Notes: generated by a model from the sequence alone, not told the origin. 64,000 bases of DNA from Nymphaea colorata (GCF_008831285.2 NC_045138.2:1116001-1180000); one strand, 5' to 3'; shown: positions 37,449 to 50,798, counted from the stretch's first letter. Program-made: numbers and translations.

Positions 37449-37787
37449 TGATGAAAACTTTGTGATTGTTACACCACATTCATAATCAATCACAGCACAC
37501 AGAAAAATACGTGGTTCTGCATGTTAGCCTACATCCACGAGAGAAGAGAGGAGCTCTTGTTTATTCAGAACTTAAAACAATCAGAGATACAAGGGAGATA
37601 TTTATAGCAGCATTTACAATCGGCTAAAGATGAGAGGGAGAGAAAGGTTAGGGATAAACCAGAAAAGCTTGAAAGAGATATCTCCAAAAATCTCTGTCCA
37701 GGATCGACGCAATCTCCTCATCTCTTTCCAAGAATGTCGTAATTGATTAACGTGATCTCCTCTTCTCCTTGATAGGAAGATCCAACA
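37449..37787. mobile_element. Solo LTR (339 bp) in the left palindrome arm
   Basis: TG...CA termini with 5-bp TSD GAGAG (37444-37448, 37788-37792); absent from the right arm, which shows the empty site. Confidence 0.9.
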
Positions 37788-37939
37788 GAGAGAAGATAGA
37801 GAGAGAGCAGAGGAGGAATTCCATATGAGAAAATAAATCAGGCGGGGGAGTTTATATAGCATTGAGGAAGATGGTGGTAGTGGTTTTGCTTCAACGATGC
37901 TGCCTTTGTGAGAGAGAGAGAGAGAGAGAGAGAGAGCAG

Positions 37940-37970
<31 letters not shown>

Positions 37971-38194
37971 AAAAGGCAGCATATTGAAGCAAAACCACTA
38001 CCACCATCTTCCTCAATGCTATATAAACTCCCCCGCCTGACTTATTTTCTCATATGGAATTCCTCCTCTGCTCTCTCTCTATCTTCTCTCCTATTCAATG
38101 AACTTGAATCCCGCTCCCAAAATTTTATCCGGATTGTGAGCTCTCTTTCTTTCATTCTCTCTCTCTTTTTCTTTTACTGCACATCTCTTGAGCT

Positions 38195-38670
38195 ATAGAC
38201 CCCATAAAAGTTGAGAAATTCAGAGCCATGGTCAAGTACAAGAAGACCAATTATCTCCACATGCTGGCCTTCTACGCAGTGACACCAATCATGGTAGGCT
38301 TATTTTTATCAAGCCCTCTCTGGCTTTCTCCCCTCTGCTTCTTCATCAAGTCTCCCAACATGATGGGTTACATCCTTTGCTCAAAATCCCAGTTTGTTGT
38401 CTCCAATGTCATCAACATCGTCCTTGTTGGGGAGTCTAAATTTTTGGGCACCTCGAGCCCAGCCCCAGAAATTTATGACGAATACGTCAAGAGGAAGAAT
38501 GGCTACCAGAAACTCCATGCTCCTCCCATGGCAAGGAAGGAAACCATGGCCACCCAGTTCTCGAATACAAGTTTGTGAGGAGTGAGGAAGTCAGGGAGGA
38601 AGATGATTGGGAAGTGAGTAAAGATGAAGATGATGATGAGGAGTTGCAGACTGAGAATGGTATACAAGCA
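38195..38670 (+). pseudogene. DUF4408-like gene copy, right arm (ancestral ATG to ATA; 116-aa ORF from 38228)
   Basis: MVKYKKTNYLH...FVVSNVINIVLVGESKFLG...EIYDEYVKR; TATA box GCTATATAAAC at ~38018. Confidence 0.7.
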
Positions 38671-39047
38671 ACCGACGGATCCATCTGGAATACTCAAAGT
38701 TAGTTTTCTCAAGAAATATATGAAGATCAATTGCGATTGGATTCTTAAACCAAGTCCATAATTATCTGAGTGTCTGGACTCAGATATATCAAAAAAGTAC
38801 TATTTGATCTTTCTACGAGTTGATAAGCATTCAATTCAAATGTAGATCTTACAATATCTCGATCAAGTATAATGGGTTTGGATTATCAGATATCTTATAC
38901 ATTATATGATGGTGGACCTACCCATTTATGCACACCTTGACAATGCTTCCTAACCGAAGAAACAACATCTTCATAAATATAGAAGAGAGAGAGAAACTGG
39001 TTCTTACGAATTTGAAGAATTTAGTAAGAGAGGGGAGAAGGAGCACC

Positions 39048-39260
39048 ATGGGCAAGATCATGAAGAAGGCTGTCATGAAGAGTCTAGTGACTCTTGATGT
39101 TCTTCCAGAAGAAGTCGTTGTAGAGATCGTAGCACGCATTGTTTTTTTGTCATCGGCCATGTTGTTGGTTCCTGATCTTGCCAACATGAAGCTCACGTAA
39201 GTTTTATGTCATCTCCAACAGATGCAACTTTCAAGCACTCTGCATGGATTCTCTAATGGG
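39048..39260 (+). pseudogene. F-box protein 5' fragment (third copy)
   Basis: MGKIMKKAVMKSLVTLDVLPEEVVVEIVARI...DLANMKLT, then GT..AG, then CNFQALCMDS. Confidence 0.7.
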
Positions 39261-41434
39261 TTTGATTCAAATGGGATGTGTAGGTGCAAGATGCTGCGTG
39301 AAGCTGCAAGGGACAGATGGGTGCTCAGACAAATGACACACCATTCGAAAATGGCATGTATAATAATGTTTAGACCACACGTAGCACACACCTGCTTCAG
39401 CCCCTGCTTTGAGGACAATTGTAAGTAAAGACTACACATCTATCTCCATCTTCATCAATGGATGACAAAAGAAAAAAGAAACAATATGGTAGTACACAAG
39501 ATTAGACCGCTTGGGCTGCTTTAATTTTACTACATTGGTTTGCCAAGGCAACACATCCTGTAAATTTAAGCCTACCCACATAGAGGGGAAGACATAGGTT
39601 CAAAGAATGGAACTTGCAAAGAAGAAAAGGTGTACCAGCAATGCAACTGCATTCTTAAGACAATAAATGCAAACCCGAAACCAATGAAAAAAGAAAACAA
39701 GAATAAAGCATGGGAGAGTGCATTCTTTAAGGTTCTGTTTGGTTCACCGTAGATCTGAGATTCATGGTGATCTGGAAACTCTAATATCTCAAATCCATGG
39801 ATTTAAGATCGGACACCTCCCTTCCAATCCGATCTTAAATTCATGGTTTTTAACATGTAGCATGAATGTGAAATTCATGCTATTAATTAAGATCCTCAGT
39901 TTGTTTAAACTAAAGATCTCTCGAAACACGTCTTTTAATGCAACCTTGGATCAAACACATCCTAAAGAAAAAAAACAAGATGAAAGATAGGGAGTTGATA
40001 GTGAATAAGTTTTAAAGATGAGAAGCATAAAAAAACCACAAAAGAAGTATTCGTATAAAAGAAGAAGAGAAAGTACAAAAAACGGTATGAGGTCTCTCTC
40101 TCTCTCTATGTTCCCTGGAATGGTCAAAGCTATTAAGCAAGCCTCTATATATTCTTGCGATCTCTTTCACTGCACCTAGGGGAGAAGATTTCTTCCTTTT
40201 TTAAGATGTATTTTTCAATAAAATTATATTACACCAAAGAGAAAATATTACCTCTGTTGCTATATTATTTCTGGGAAAATGTGAGATTTGGAAGATAATT
40301 GTATCCATAAAAGATGTCATTTGATGATATTTTAGGATATTGTGGATGTGACAATTCATTTTGAATAATAATATACATAGAAACACACGATCACAGGATA
40401 CTTTTAAGATATGTGATAATCTGTTTTGTAATAATGCAAAACAGATTCCATTTGTAGGTACCACAAATCGTCGTAAATGAGAGAGGCAAAATGATAGAAA
40501 TGGTCCTTTGACTGGAAAAGGGGTAAAGGCGACATCCTTCAACTGAGACAAATGACCATATACACATTACATAGTGAAATTAAAATTATTCCGCCAACAT
40601 CTATTGTCAGTTGAGTTATTTTTATATTTTTATATTTCGTGATGTTAAAAACTATTGCCAATGTTGAATTTTACAGATAAAAATGGTGACCAATATATTA
40701 CAGTCACAGAATTCTGTGACGGTTTTTTCATTCACAAAATTTGAAAAAAAAAAACTCATGTGACCATGGGCTGGTTGATTTTAATCATAGTCACAAATAA
40801 TGACAGTTTTAAACGACGAGGTTTTTCTCGGATATAATATGGTGAGCTTGAATAAAAGTAACAGCCACAACTAAAACCATAGCTAGTAGTTCAGGTAAAT
40901 CATTGCTGGAAGTTACAATGACTATAGTCTAAATCATAGTAATAGAAACATGTTTTTTTTGAAAAAAAATGTGATAAATTAAATAATCGTTTAACATTTA
41001 AAAAACATTAGTTTTAATGTTAAAAATGAAAAAAACAAGTTTTTAACATTTTTTTTTACTTTTTTCATTTTTTTATTTTCAATGCCAAATAGTTTTTTTT
41101 ATTTTCTATTTTTTATGTGTTGCAAATCTACTTACTTTTGATGTTTGTGTTATTAGTAGTTCACTTATTTTATTTTGCCCTAATTTTTTAGTTTTTTAAT
41201 TTTTTAAAAAATTTACCATATTTTTTTTAAAGTTCACTGTATTATACATAAGAAAAACCCCACTGTTTAAAACTCTGAAACATTATTTGTGACTATGGTC
41301 TAAACCATGACAAAAAGTAAATAACCACAATAGCTATTGCTACAACCACTTTAATTAATAGCGACAAGAAAGACCATGGCTGAAAATACATTCAACTATG
41401 GTTTCAATTTGTGTATCGAACAATGTTTTTTCAA

Positions 41435-43071
41435 TCTATAAATTTGATTTTTGAGTTTATTGTGGAGGTACATTTAGAAAAATAAGTGGGGCATTCGATG
41501 GATTGAAAGAAGTTTGAAGTGAAAACCTGGTGGTTCTGACAAAGGGCGGATGGGCTAGATGTAAGTAATTGTCCATACAAAACCCCAAAAACCATTTATT
41601 TTTATATTTTTCATTTTGAGTATTGTTTATTTATATATAGATGTCTTTAAAAAATTTAAATAACTAGTACCCTTTAACTATAATTCTAATAATATTTGAG
41701 AACAAATAACGGTTAAAGACTTCCGGAATTGCAAAAACGGGTAAAACATTTTCAAAGGGAAAAAAGTCACGTTGTCTGAAACAAAGTGAGAAAAGGAAAA
41801 CAACCCCCATGATTTTTATTTGCCCGAAAATAAGATGTTTAGAGTCATTCATTTTGTTGTTGAGTGAGAATCTTTCAATGGTTGCTCAAAGAATCAGTCT
41901 ACATTTTTTGTTGGGAAGTTATTTTTGTCTCTGCTGAATGTGAACAACTACTTCGAATTATAACATAAAGTTGACTTAATGCTTGACGTTTGTTAGCCAT
42001 GGAGCCAAGGAGACACCCAAGGTCCATGATGCATTGGGCAGGGTAGATCTCGGCATAGGGTTCGAGAAGTTGTTCCTGTCCTGGCTTCATCTTTTGATAA
42101 GAAAATGGGCAGGTCCCACTTGGAAATCAATGGGGAAAGACTACCTAAAGACTCCTCTGCTTGTACGCTGCAGGTGCTTTCCATTCCTTTTCCTTCCCCT
42201 CATTTCAATCTTGGTTCCTTTCATTATTCCCTTTCTCCTCCAGGGCCCAAAGTCAGAAGATAGGCAAAGATGGTCAAGTGATGGATTGCCAGTCAATGCT
42301 GGGTCTGATGGTTCGAGGGGATTGGGTCTCATGAAGGAAAATAGCAGGTCATTGGTCCAGAACCCAGCCGATGTAGAGTTCGGGTAGGCACGAGTGGTCC
42401 TCGAGTCTGTGGTGACCTCCGAACGAAGGGTCAGAACATAGTAATGGAGAAGTTAATAGCCAAAATAGAATTTGTTTTGGTTAGAGCGCCAATATCCGCT
42501 ATATATTTGACGCAACGTCAAGCATTAAGTAAACTTTATGTTATAATTAGAAGTAGTTGTTCACATTCAGCAGAGACAAAAATAACTTCCCAACAAAAAA
42601 TGTAGACTGATTCTTTGAGCAACCATTGAAAGATCCTCACTCAACAACAAAATGAACGACTCTAAACATCTTATTTTCAGGCAACTAAAAATCATGGGGG
42701 TCGTTTTCTTTTTCTCGCCCTGTTTCAGACAACGTAACTTTTTTCCCTTTGAAAAAGTTTTACCGTTTTTGCAATTCCGGAAGTCTTTAACCGTTATTTG
42801 TTCCCAAATATTATTAAAATTATAGTTAAAGGGCACTAGTTATTTAAATTTTTTAAATATGTATATATATAAATAAAAAATACTCAAAATGAAAATATAA
42901 AAACAAACTGTTTTTGGGGTTTTGTATGGACAATTACTTACATCTAGCCCACACCTGAGTCTGCCCTTTGTCAAAACCACCTTCACTTCAAACTTCTTTC
43001 CTTCCATCAAATCGCCCTGCTTATTTTTCTAAATGTGCCTCCACAAAAAATTTAAAAATCAAATTTATAGA
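41435..43071. repeat. Inverted repeat, ~555-bp arms, ~520-bp GC-richer spacer
   Basis: 41435-41990 is the reverse complement of 42514-43071. Confidence 0.92.
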
Positions 43072-43761
43072 CTCATACTTCACCAAGCTGAGTCGAGTTT
43101 CTTCAGCTCCTGCTAATCAACTCAAGCTTGAGCCAAGAACGAACTAATCAACTAGCTTGACCCTAGCTTGGCTTATGGCACACATGCCTAGCTCGAGCCC
43201 ACTCAGCTTACCTCTTAGCTCAAACTCGACTTGTGAACATGTTGGCAACAACCATAACCTACTTGTCATCCTTTTTTTCTTTTTTTTCTCAAAATAGATT
43301 TTTACTGACAAGATGGTGCCAGTGGGCGGCAGGGGCCCTAGGCCCCCCTCCCCTCTTTTTTTCTAAAATTTACATGTAAAAACATTTTATTTGCTCCCGT
43401 CAAAATTTTAGAAACCATTCAACCTCACTCATGAAAAATTTCTTGCTCCACCACTAATTATTGGTACCACCACAACACCAATGGCCAACTTATCTTTTTC
43501 ATTCACTGTAGTCTTTTCAATCCCTCTGTGCAGCTATTTATCTTATCAGGAGAAATTATTTCTTTAATTAACTTTCAAATATTAATTATACTTTTTATGG
43601 AAATAAATGATATTTCATTTAATTAGATCGGATGCACCTAACATATATGATTTCTGTTGCTATTTTTCTTAATTTCCATTTCAAAATAAAGGCCTTGTCA
43701 ATGCGTCGGAGCAGCAGAAGTCTCCCCATGAAATGTCTATTTAGGTGGATCTGGGTATGGC

Positions 43762-44194
43762 TAGGGCTGCACATTGAGTCGAGCCAACTTGGGCTCGACC
43801 CTAACTCGCTCGAAAAAATCAGCTCGCGCTCGACTCGTTTATAAATGAGCCAAGTTTGAGCTTACAAAGATACTCGAAATGATAAACAAATCGAGTTCGA
43901 GTTTCAAGAACTCAACTTGTTTATACTCGACTCGACTTGAAACTGGTACTCTATATAATATTGTCAAAACCGGTTTCACAAGTTACACAAGTTAAAGGAG
44001 TTACATGAGTAAAACGAGTTAATGCTTACAGGAGGTCATGCTAAACAAGTTAACGTCTAAACTAGTCAAATGGGTTAAACGAGCCGAGTTAGATCTCGAT
44101 TTTATGTAGTTGACTCGAACTCGAGCTTGCTATAAAGAGCTCGAATCCTGGACCTGGCTAAGCTCGGGCTTGACTAGGCTAGTGTGCAGCCCTA
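43762..44194. mobile_element. hAT-type MITE, same family as 3440-6259
   Basis: TAGGGCTGCACA...TGTGCAGCCCTA TIRs; no TSD visible. Confidence 0.8.
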
Positions 44195-45205
44195 AGAAAT
44201 GAATATTAATCTCTTACAATTACAACCCACCCTCGTGTATTATTGATTTGGATCATATTGGTTCGACCTAATTATGATCTGATTCGACCTATTTCAATAT
44301 TGACACTGAACTGGATCAAATAGTAAATCGGGTCACCAAAAGGACCTCTACATTAAGGGACTGCAATTATTGACAACGGGAATCTATTGTTGTTCGACAC
44401 AAGAATGTAATGATAAGCCCCTTGAAGAGCAGCTCATTTGCAGAAGAAACATTGCAATACCCTGACTTGTAATCAATTTTCCTGCCTAGCAGCAAATAAT
44501 TAACAAACAAACAAGAATAGAAGTGCTGACAGCATGAAAAAGCAGATAATCTGATGGTATTATCCTAATACAAGCATGACAAAGAAAAGGTTATGTAAAT
44601 TAAGACACTTTCAGAGTATCTTACAGTAGGTTCAGTTCGTTCACAAAGCAAAGGTAATGCCATCAGTGGTAATAAATGTTACGCCTTTGGGATGCACATT
44701 GCAAGTTCACACCCAGCTAAACAGATCATATAAGCATGTTTTGGGTTTTGATGATTGAACCCAAAAAAAAAAAAAAATTATGTGTGTGAGTGTGTGTGTA
44801 AACTTTATGAAATCTACATGAAAACTCCTTGGTATGCTAATATGAAGTATTAAAGAACACCAAACAAGTGAATGTTGCCAATAAGCAAGGCAGCTGAAGC
44901 ATACACACAGATGAAGCAATGCAAAACATATGCCACTTTCCTAATGTCAATATTTGGTATTGCTAGCTTTTGTAGATATAGGTATTCAGGTTGTGGCAAT
45001 TAGTACTGCTGCTGTTATAGGTAAACAAACAACAATGACTGCTACTATCCAGATAAATGCATAGCTTTAAAAGGCAATTAATGGCATTTTAGCAATGCCA
45101 GATTCTCCTAACACCAAAATTTGCCAATGTGTCAAATTTTTTACTTCCTAAATTGACCACTTATGATATCCTTTCAACTTGGTATACTTATAAGTTACTG
45201 CTGAC

Positions 45206-48200
45206 CAATGTTATCACTGTCGTATCATATCATGTATCGGTCGGGCCAACCTATACGTCGTATTGTAACGTATCATAAATTGTATCCTAATGTATCGTAA
45301 AATTAATTTTTTAATTTGTAAAAAATATTAAAAAATAGAAAAAATCAGAAAATTCTAAAAAAATCCAAAAAAAAGCAAAAATCAGAAAAAAATCAAGAAA
45401 AATGTATTTAAAGGAACATTCATCATTCATGTATATAAAGTATGAACTATGAAGTATGAATATAAACAACACATTCCAAAATAAGAAATCAAACATTCAA
45501 AATCAAAATAACATACTAAGCAGCCGAAGAGTATTCGATTACATCACAATTTATAAGTTCAGAAGTCAAAACATATAGACATAGTTATCATATTTCATGA
45601 TTCAACAAAAAGCTTCGTCAATCGTCATTTGCATCATCATCTTCATCCTTCTTCATTTTCTTCATTAAGTGCTTCTTCTATCCCCTCTGTTGCAAATGGA
45701 ATGCCACCAACATTTCATTGCTCCCCAGCCTCTCTTGCTTCAATAATCCCTGCTGCTCCTTTAAGGTTCAAAACATCAAGATCGTCCTCATCAAGTATTG
45801 CAGATGGTCCTTCTTCAACCCAAGAATCTAATATATCAAAATGGTCAATGTTGATAGGATCATATTGAATGTGATGCTTCCTCATAGATGTTGTTTCTAG
45901 TTGCCTAACAAGAGAAAAATTTAATAAATTGTTAGAAATTAAAATATATATTAGAATTTTCTATTTTGTATAACAAATGTTTACCTTTGTCTCAACTTCA
46001 TATTATAACGAATGTAAACAAGGTCATTCAACCTTTTATGTTTCAGTCCATTCCTCTTTTTACTGTGGATGTGCTGAAATACACTCCAATTTCTTTTACA
46101 TCCTGTTGCACTACATGTTCGGCTGAGGATTCTAATTGCATGCTTCCTTAATTCTGGGCAATCGGACCCAAACCTTTCCCACCACAAATCTAATAACAGA
46201 TGGAAAGTAAAAATGAGAAAGAATAAATATATGAGAAGGTAGAATAGAAGCTAAACAACAAAAAGTATAAAGTCACTTTTTTTAATACCTGGACACATAG
46301 TTGTCTTGCATCGAACTGTTGTGTCTCTCGCCATGACACCAGAAGCTGTATCATATTTGTTGATTGACATATGGATAGCGTCTTGTTCTTTATTATCACT
46401 TACTAATACCTCAATGCAATCCAACATGCCATACTCAACCTCTCTGTCCTTAAAAGTGGGCAGATATCTAACAACAGAATTTAGGTAGTAGGCTGGTGCA
46501 TGAAGGGAGCGATGAAGTTGTCCAGACCACCTTTCATTTATAATCTTCCATATAGGCATGTACAACTTCTTTTTTCCCTTCATATTATCTCTAATGGCCT
46601 CTTTGGTTCTGTCCATAGACTCATATAAATATCCAATAGAAGATCTATCTTCACTATCAACTAATATGAGGACTTTCACTAGCGGTACACAAATCTTCAA
46701 TAAGTGCACACATGATTCCCAAAAGTCAGTATCAAAGATGGTATCCCCAACTGTCCTAGCCTTCCTTTTATAGGCATGTGGATATGCAGCCCAATCATCA
46801 CTTGAAAACATCTGTCTGAGAGGAGTTATTTGCTTGACTATACCTTGCATAGTCAAAACATTTATAGCAAAACGTGATTGTGCAGGTCGAATCAATTCAG
46901 CCCCATTTGTGAATTTTCTCATCAACACATAAGCATGATTATAAATAAACTTCGTGATTTCTTGGCATCTATGAACTATCAACTTCATATCATCTCTTTC
47001 ACCAAGAGTTTGCTGCATTAGCAATCGCATCTGCTATAGGCTGAAAATGATAAGAGTTTGCTGCATTGAAGGGAATGGATGCATCATAGAACCACCTTCC
47101 TATGGTTTCATCTGCTACTTCAACAATATCCTTTGATTGCACGGCTATACGAATCTCAGGCTGAGCACCAACAGCAGTATAATTGGGAAAAAAATTCTTG
47201 ATCGAACCAGACATATTACTCGACCTCATAGTAGGTACTCTACCACCACTAGTACGACCATGACTCCTGCCACATCCTCGTGAAACTGAACTTGCAATTG
47301 CACCTCTTCTTTTTCTGGTTGTAGTTGCAGAAGAACCACCTCCATGCATGATGCATTTCCCTTTAACTGTTCCCAAACTGACACCAACATCTTCTTCTTC
47401 AAGCTCAACATCTTCACCTTCACTTTCTTCCTCTTCATGTGGGTCCCCATATCCTCCCTCTACATCTTGCATTTCCTTTTCAATCCTATTTGCTTTCAAT
47501 GCATTAAGAAGCTCCAACACTGGTGCTTTACATATGTTGACAATGGGTTCTCTTGGGAGCCATTGCATTGAGCCACATCGTTGTGTGTACCAGCTATATG
47601 GTTTTTAAAGCAAGAGATCCCTCCCCATATGATTTGCTTACAATAATTGCACTTAACTCTTAACCTATCTTTGGGATTCACCCTTGTACACCACTACCAT
47701 GCAGGATCCGACATTATATCTTCACAAAACAAGTAAAAACATACAAATAAATGTAAGAAATAAGAGAAATGAATGATTCAACGGTAAAAATGAATTATTT
47801 CTTACCTTCTTGGTGTTAGAAACCAAAAAACCCTCTTTCTCCAAGCTTCCCACTATCCCGAGACTCCCCACAATGAGAAATAAAGCTTCTTCACCAGCAA
47901 ATCTTGATGCAAATGAAGAAAATCTCTCATTCGCACGTCTCTTGCAGTGTTTAGAAACAAGAAAGAGAGAGAGAGAGGAGCATAGGTTTCAAAATAAGAC
48001 GCAAAAAAGGGGGCCATCGGGCCCCTTTTTCATTTTACTCCTGCATCTTACGATACGGGGGTGTATCACATGTATCGTGTGATACGGCCTCCGTATCGCA
48101 TGATATGGGCAATACACGTGCAATATGCACGCGTATCGTGTATCAAACACGTATCGTATAGGTTTTCTTGACCTATACCATACGTATCGTATGATACGCG

Positions 48201-48228
48201 TTTGTATCGTACAATATGGATAACATTG
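45206..48228 (-). mobile_element. hAT DNA transposon, internally deleted
   Basis: TIR CAATGTTATC/GATAACATTG, perfect 8-bp TSD CTGCTGAC (45198-45205, 48229-48236) and GTATC subterminal repeats. Confidence 0.95.
45624..47714 (-). pseudogene. hAT transposase remnant (BED finger, DUF659-like, dimerisation domain)
   Basis: MSDPAW*W...VKCNYC, RWFYDASIPFNAANS, ITKFIYNH, ELIRPAQSRFA, WWERFGSDCPELRKHAIRILSRTCSATGCKRNWSVF. Confidence 0.92.
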
Positions 48229-49607
48229 CTGCTGACAAATGAAGTTACACTCTTGCAGAAAAATTGGTTTATATAGCTTGATACTCTTAGGAGTGTAGAA
48301 ACCAAAACTTTCTAAAGTTTCGAAAACAAAAAAATATGAAAAAGTGGGGAAAATCAGGAGGAGAAAGGAGAATGACAAGAAAAGACTAAATGCTTGGCCT
48401 CAAGGTTAAAAGTTAAACATTTTTGAGTTGGAGAAAACAAAAAGTTAAGTGTTCAATGCTGACAATGGGCATTTACCATAATTTTGTCCACATCTGTAGA
48501 TATGGCTGAGCCATCTAGTCAAAAGAGTATAGATTGCTGCAATCTTATGATCAACATTCAATATTCTCAATTTTCCGAAGGAATTAATGATTATAAAGGT
48601 AGCATGTCAAACCCACCAAGGAACCATTAGCAAACAGGATCAAAATTTAGATTTAATCATGCAACTAAATCATGCACAAATTTAAGTCTAATCACAAATC
48701 TAGAGTCAAAATTGATCAGAAGATTCAGAAAACAATCAAATAATTGCTGAAATTCTTAAAATTTTGGATGAAAAAATATATACTATGGACCTCATTAGTA
48801 CTTTATTTACCTCTCTTTCTAACTCAAATGACATAATGGATGGTCTGACTAGCGAAGATAGCTCCAATGTACAATAGCTTCTATAGACAACTACTCTGGT
48901 GATGAATGACACTTCCTCTTCTCGAAACCAAAAGGATAATGCTTTGATGGTCATCAACTCTGGCAGAAGATGGCAGGTGGTGATCAATCCTGCAGGCGAT
49001 AGGTACAGCAACAATGGAGCCGACAGATGGCAGCTAAAGTCAAAGATGATGGAAAATGCTGGGACAAAAAAGCAGCAGAATGAGGTTGCTGCGGAAGGTG
49101 TTGTAGTTGAGGGAGATTTTGTCCTATACCAGCGAAAACAATTACCAATATAGATCTGCATCCACCAAGCACCCAAACCATTCCAAAATAGGCTATTTGC
49201 TATAAGCCATTTTTCTGGTGGTGGATGAATCTGGGGCATAGCAGCTACATCACAGTTTGTTGAAAATATTACTGATGATTTGCAATGTTGTCTACTTGAT
49301 AAATAAGCAAGCTTTTCATAGGAGTAAGAGCACCTCTCCAACATAACACTTCTCAGTTCTCACCACTCTTTATAAGCACTGTGTTTCACTATTCTAAGGT
49401 ACAATCCCTAGAAAATTTGTTTCTTGCCTGTTGCAGCGTTACTGTTACTTGTAACCCTAGATCAGTGACTAGACAACCTAAACAAGTAGTTTCTTAAATA
49501 ACTTTATAGTGAAAAACCTAGCTAACATACAGATAACCAAAAGGAGTACCTAAAGGCCAATAAATGAATACATTCTATAATTTGTTATAACTGTTTTTCA
49601 GATATTG

Positions 49608-50063
49608 AATAACGCCAAAGTTAAAGGTCATCAAGTTCAATCTCAACCCTATCAATGATAGGATGAGATTGACGGGGGTGTTAACGAAAATGATGAAAAC
49701 AGCCCAACGGCTCTCTCCACAATAGAAAGTGGATCAATGGCTCTCTCCATAGAAGGTGATACTCTTGACGAAAACAACACAACAACAATGAAGGAAACAA
49801 AGCATGATTTCCTATTGGAGACAACTATGAAGAGAAACAAAATCCTGTCGTTGAAAGAGACGCTGAACTCTCCAACGTCTAGAATCAATGTATAAAATCA
49901 AAGGCAGGAAATCTGTAAAAAAAAAAAGAGAGTTGAAAAATAAAAAATAAAGAAGATCATCATTCCGTGGACATAGATCAATATATGATCGAACCATGTA
50001 CCTCGCCTTGCATTTTTGTCGTGTGTTAATTTCCTTCTTCGCTCTGGTGGAAATTCTTTTACA
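49608..50063 (+). mobile_element. 3'-terminal fragment (pol end + PPT + LTR 49679-50063) of the same copia family as 8157-19289
   Basis: AAAGGTCATCAAGTTCAATCT...GAGATTGACGGGGG|TGTTAACG...TTCTTTTACA matches the reverse complement of 8157-8590. Confidence 0.88.
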
Positions 50064-50065
50064 AA

Positions 50066-50372
50066 GTGTGTTTGGCTGCGAGAGGAGAGAAAGGAAAGGA
50101 AAGGAAAGGGAAGGATTGTGTAGTATAAATTCAATTCCTCCCAAATCGGACCGATAGAGAAGGAAAGGAAAGGAAAGGAAGAGGAAGAGTATTTTTATTT
50201 CCACACTACCCCTCCCATTCATTTGCTTTCCTTTCTATCCAAATAAGCTTTTAAATCATCTCTTTCCTTTCCTTTCCATTCTATTCCTTTCCCTTCCCTT
50301 CCGTTTCCTTTCCCTCCCTTTCCTTCCCTTCCCATCCTTTCCCTCTTTTTCTCTCCAACCAAACAGGGCGTT
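50066..50372. mobile_element. MITE (GTTTGG/CCAAAC ends, GAAAG/CTTTC internal repeats), probably PIF/Tourist-like
   Basis: TGTTTGGCTGCGAGAG...CTCTCCAACCAAACA inverted ends with mirrored (GAAAG)n/(CTTTC)n tracts. Confidence 0.6.
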
Positions 50373-50798
50373 AAGGGCATTTAGTTGCTTCAGATTTGAG
50401 ACCCATATATACGCTGATATGACAAAAAGTCTGTGATAAAACTTATGGTTCATCACCTAAGGACCTTGAACCTAAAATCTTTTATGATCTACAACTTTGA
50501 AATCCAATATTTGTCTAAATAATAGTAAGGATTTCAGATCAGCCTCGAATCTCAAACCCGTCTAATTACTAACCTTCTAGTCTAACTTGAGTGATTCGAT
50601 CTCCAATCATGGAGCCACGTAATCCCTAGGCAAGTGTTTGACTGCTTCTTTGATACGACACACAATGACAAGTCCCGCACAAACATTCTCCTCTTTCTAT
50701 TTCAAGGGGCGCTAGTACCACCAGACGAAAATTTGTGTTAGGTTTTAGCATATATATACATATATTAAAGCTGTAAATAAACCATAAATGCATGCGAT

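Larger units (their letters stand above)
36459..39040. repeat. Near-spacerless palindrome (~1.1-kb arms) centred at ~37939
   Basis: Arms are reverse complements from CTTCTCCCCTCTCCTACTAA (36459) to TTAGTAAGAGAGGGGAGAAG (39040); the centre is (GA)n-GCAGT-(CT)n. Confidence 0.93.

Noticed and set aside
37614..38198. Mirror-image ORFs with RERERE/SLSLSL tracts
   Set aside because: Translation artefacts of the microsatellite and the palindrome.
36459..39040. Palindrome as an assembly or chimeric-read artefact
   Set aside because: The arms differ by many substitutions, indels and a TSD-flanked LTR, so the structure is old and biological.
40700..41405. Recurrent ACTATGG/CCATAGT motifs suggesting CACTA subterminal repeats
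   Set aside because: No CACTA terminus, TSD or transposase seen; too degraded to call.
48736..49344. 202-aa minus ORF and coding-like composition
   Set aside because: Non-ATG start and no recognisable motif in any frame; I cannot support a product.
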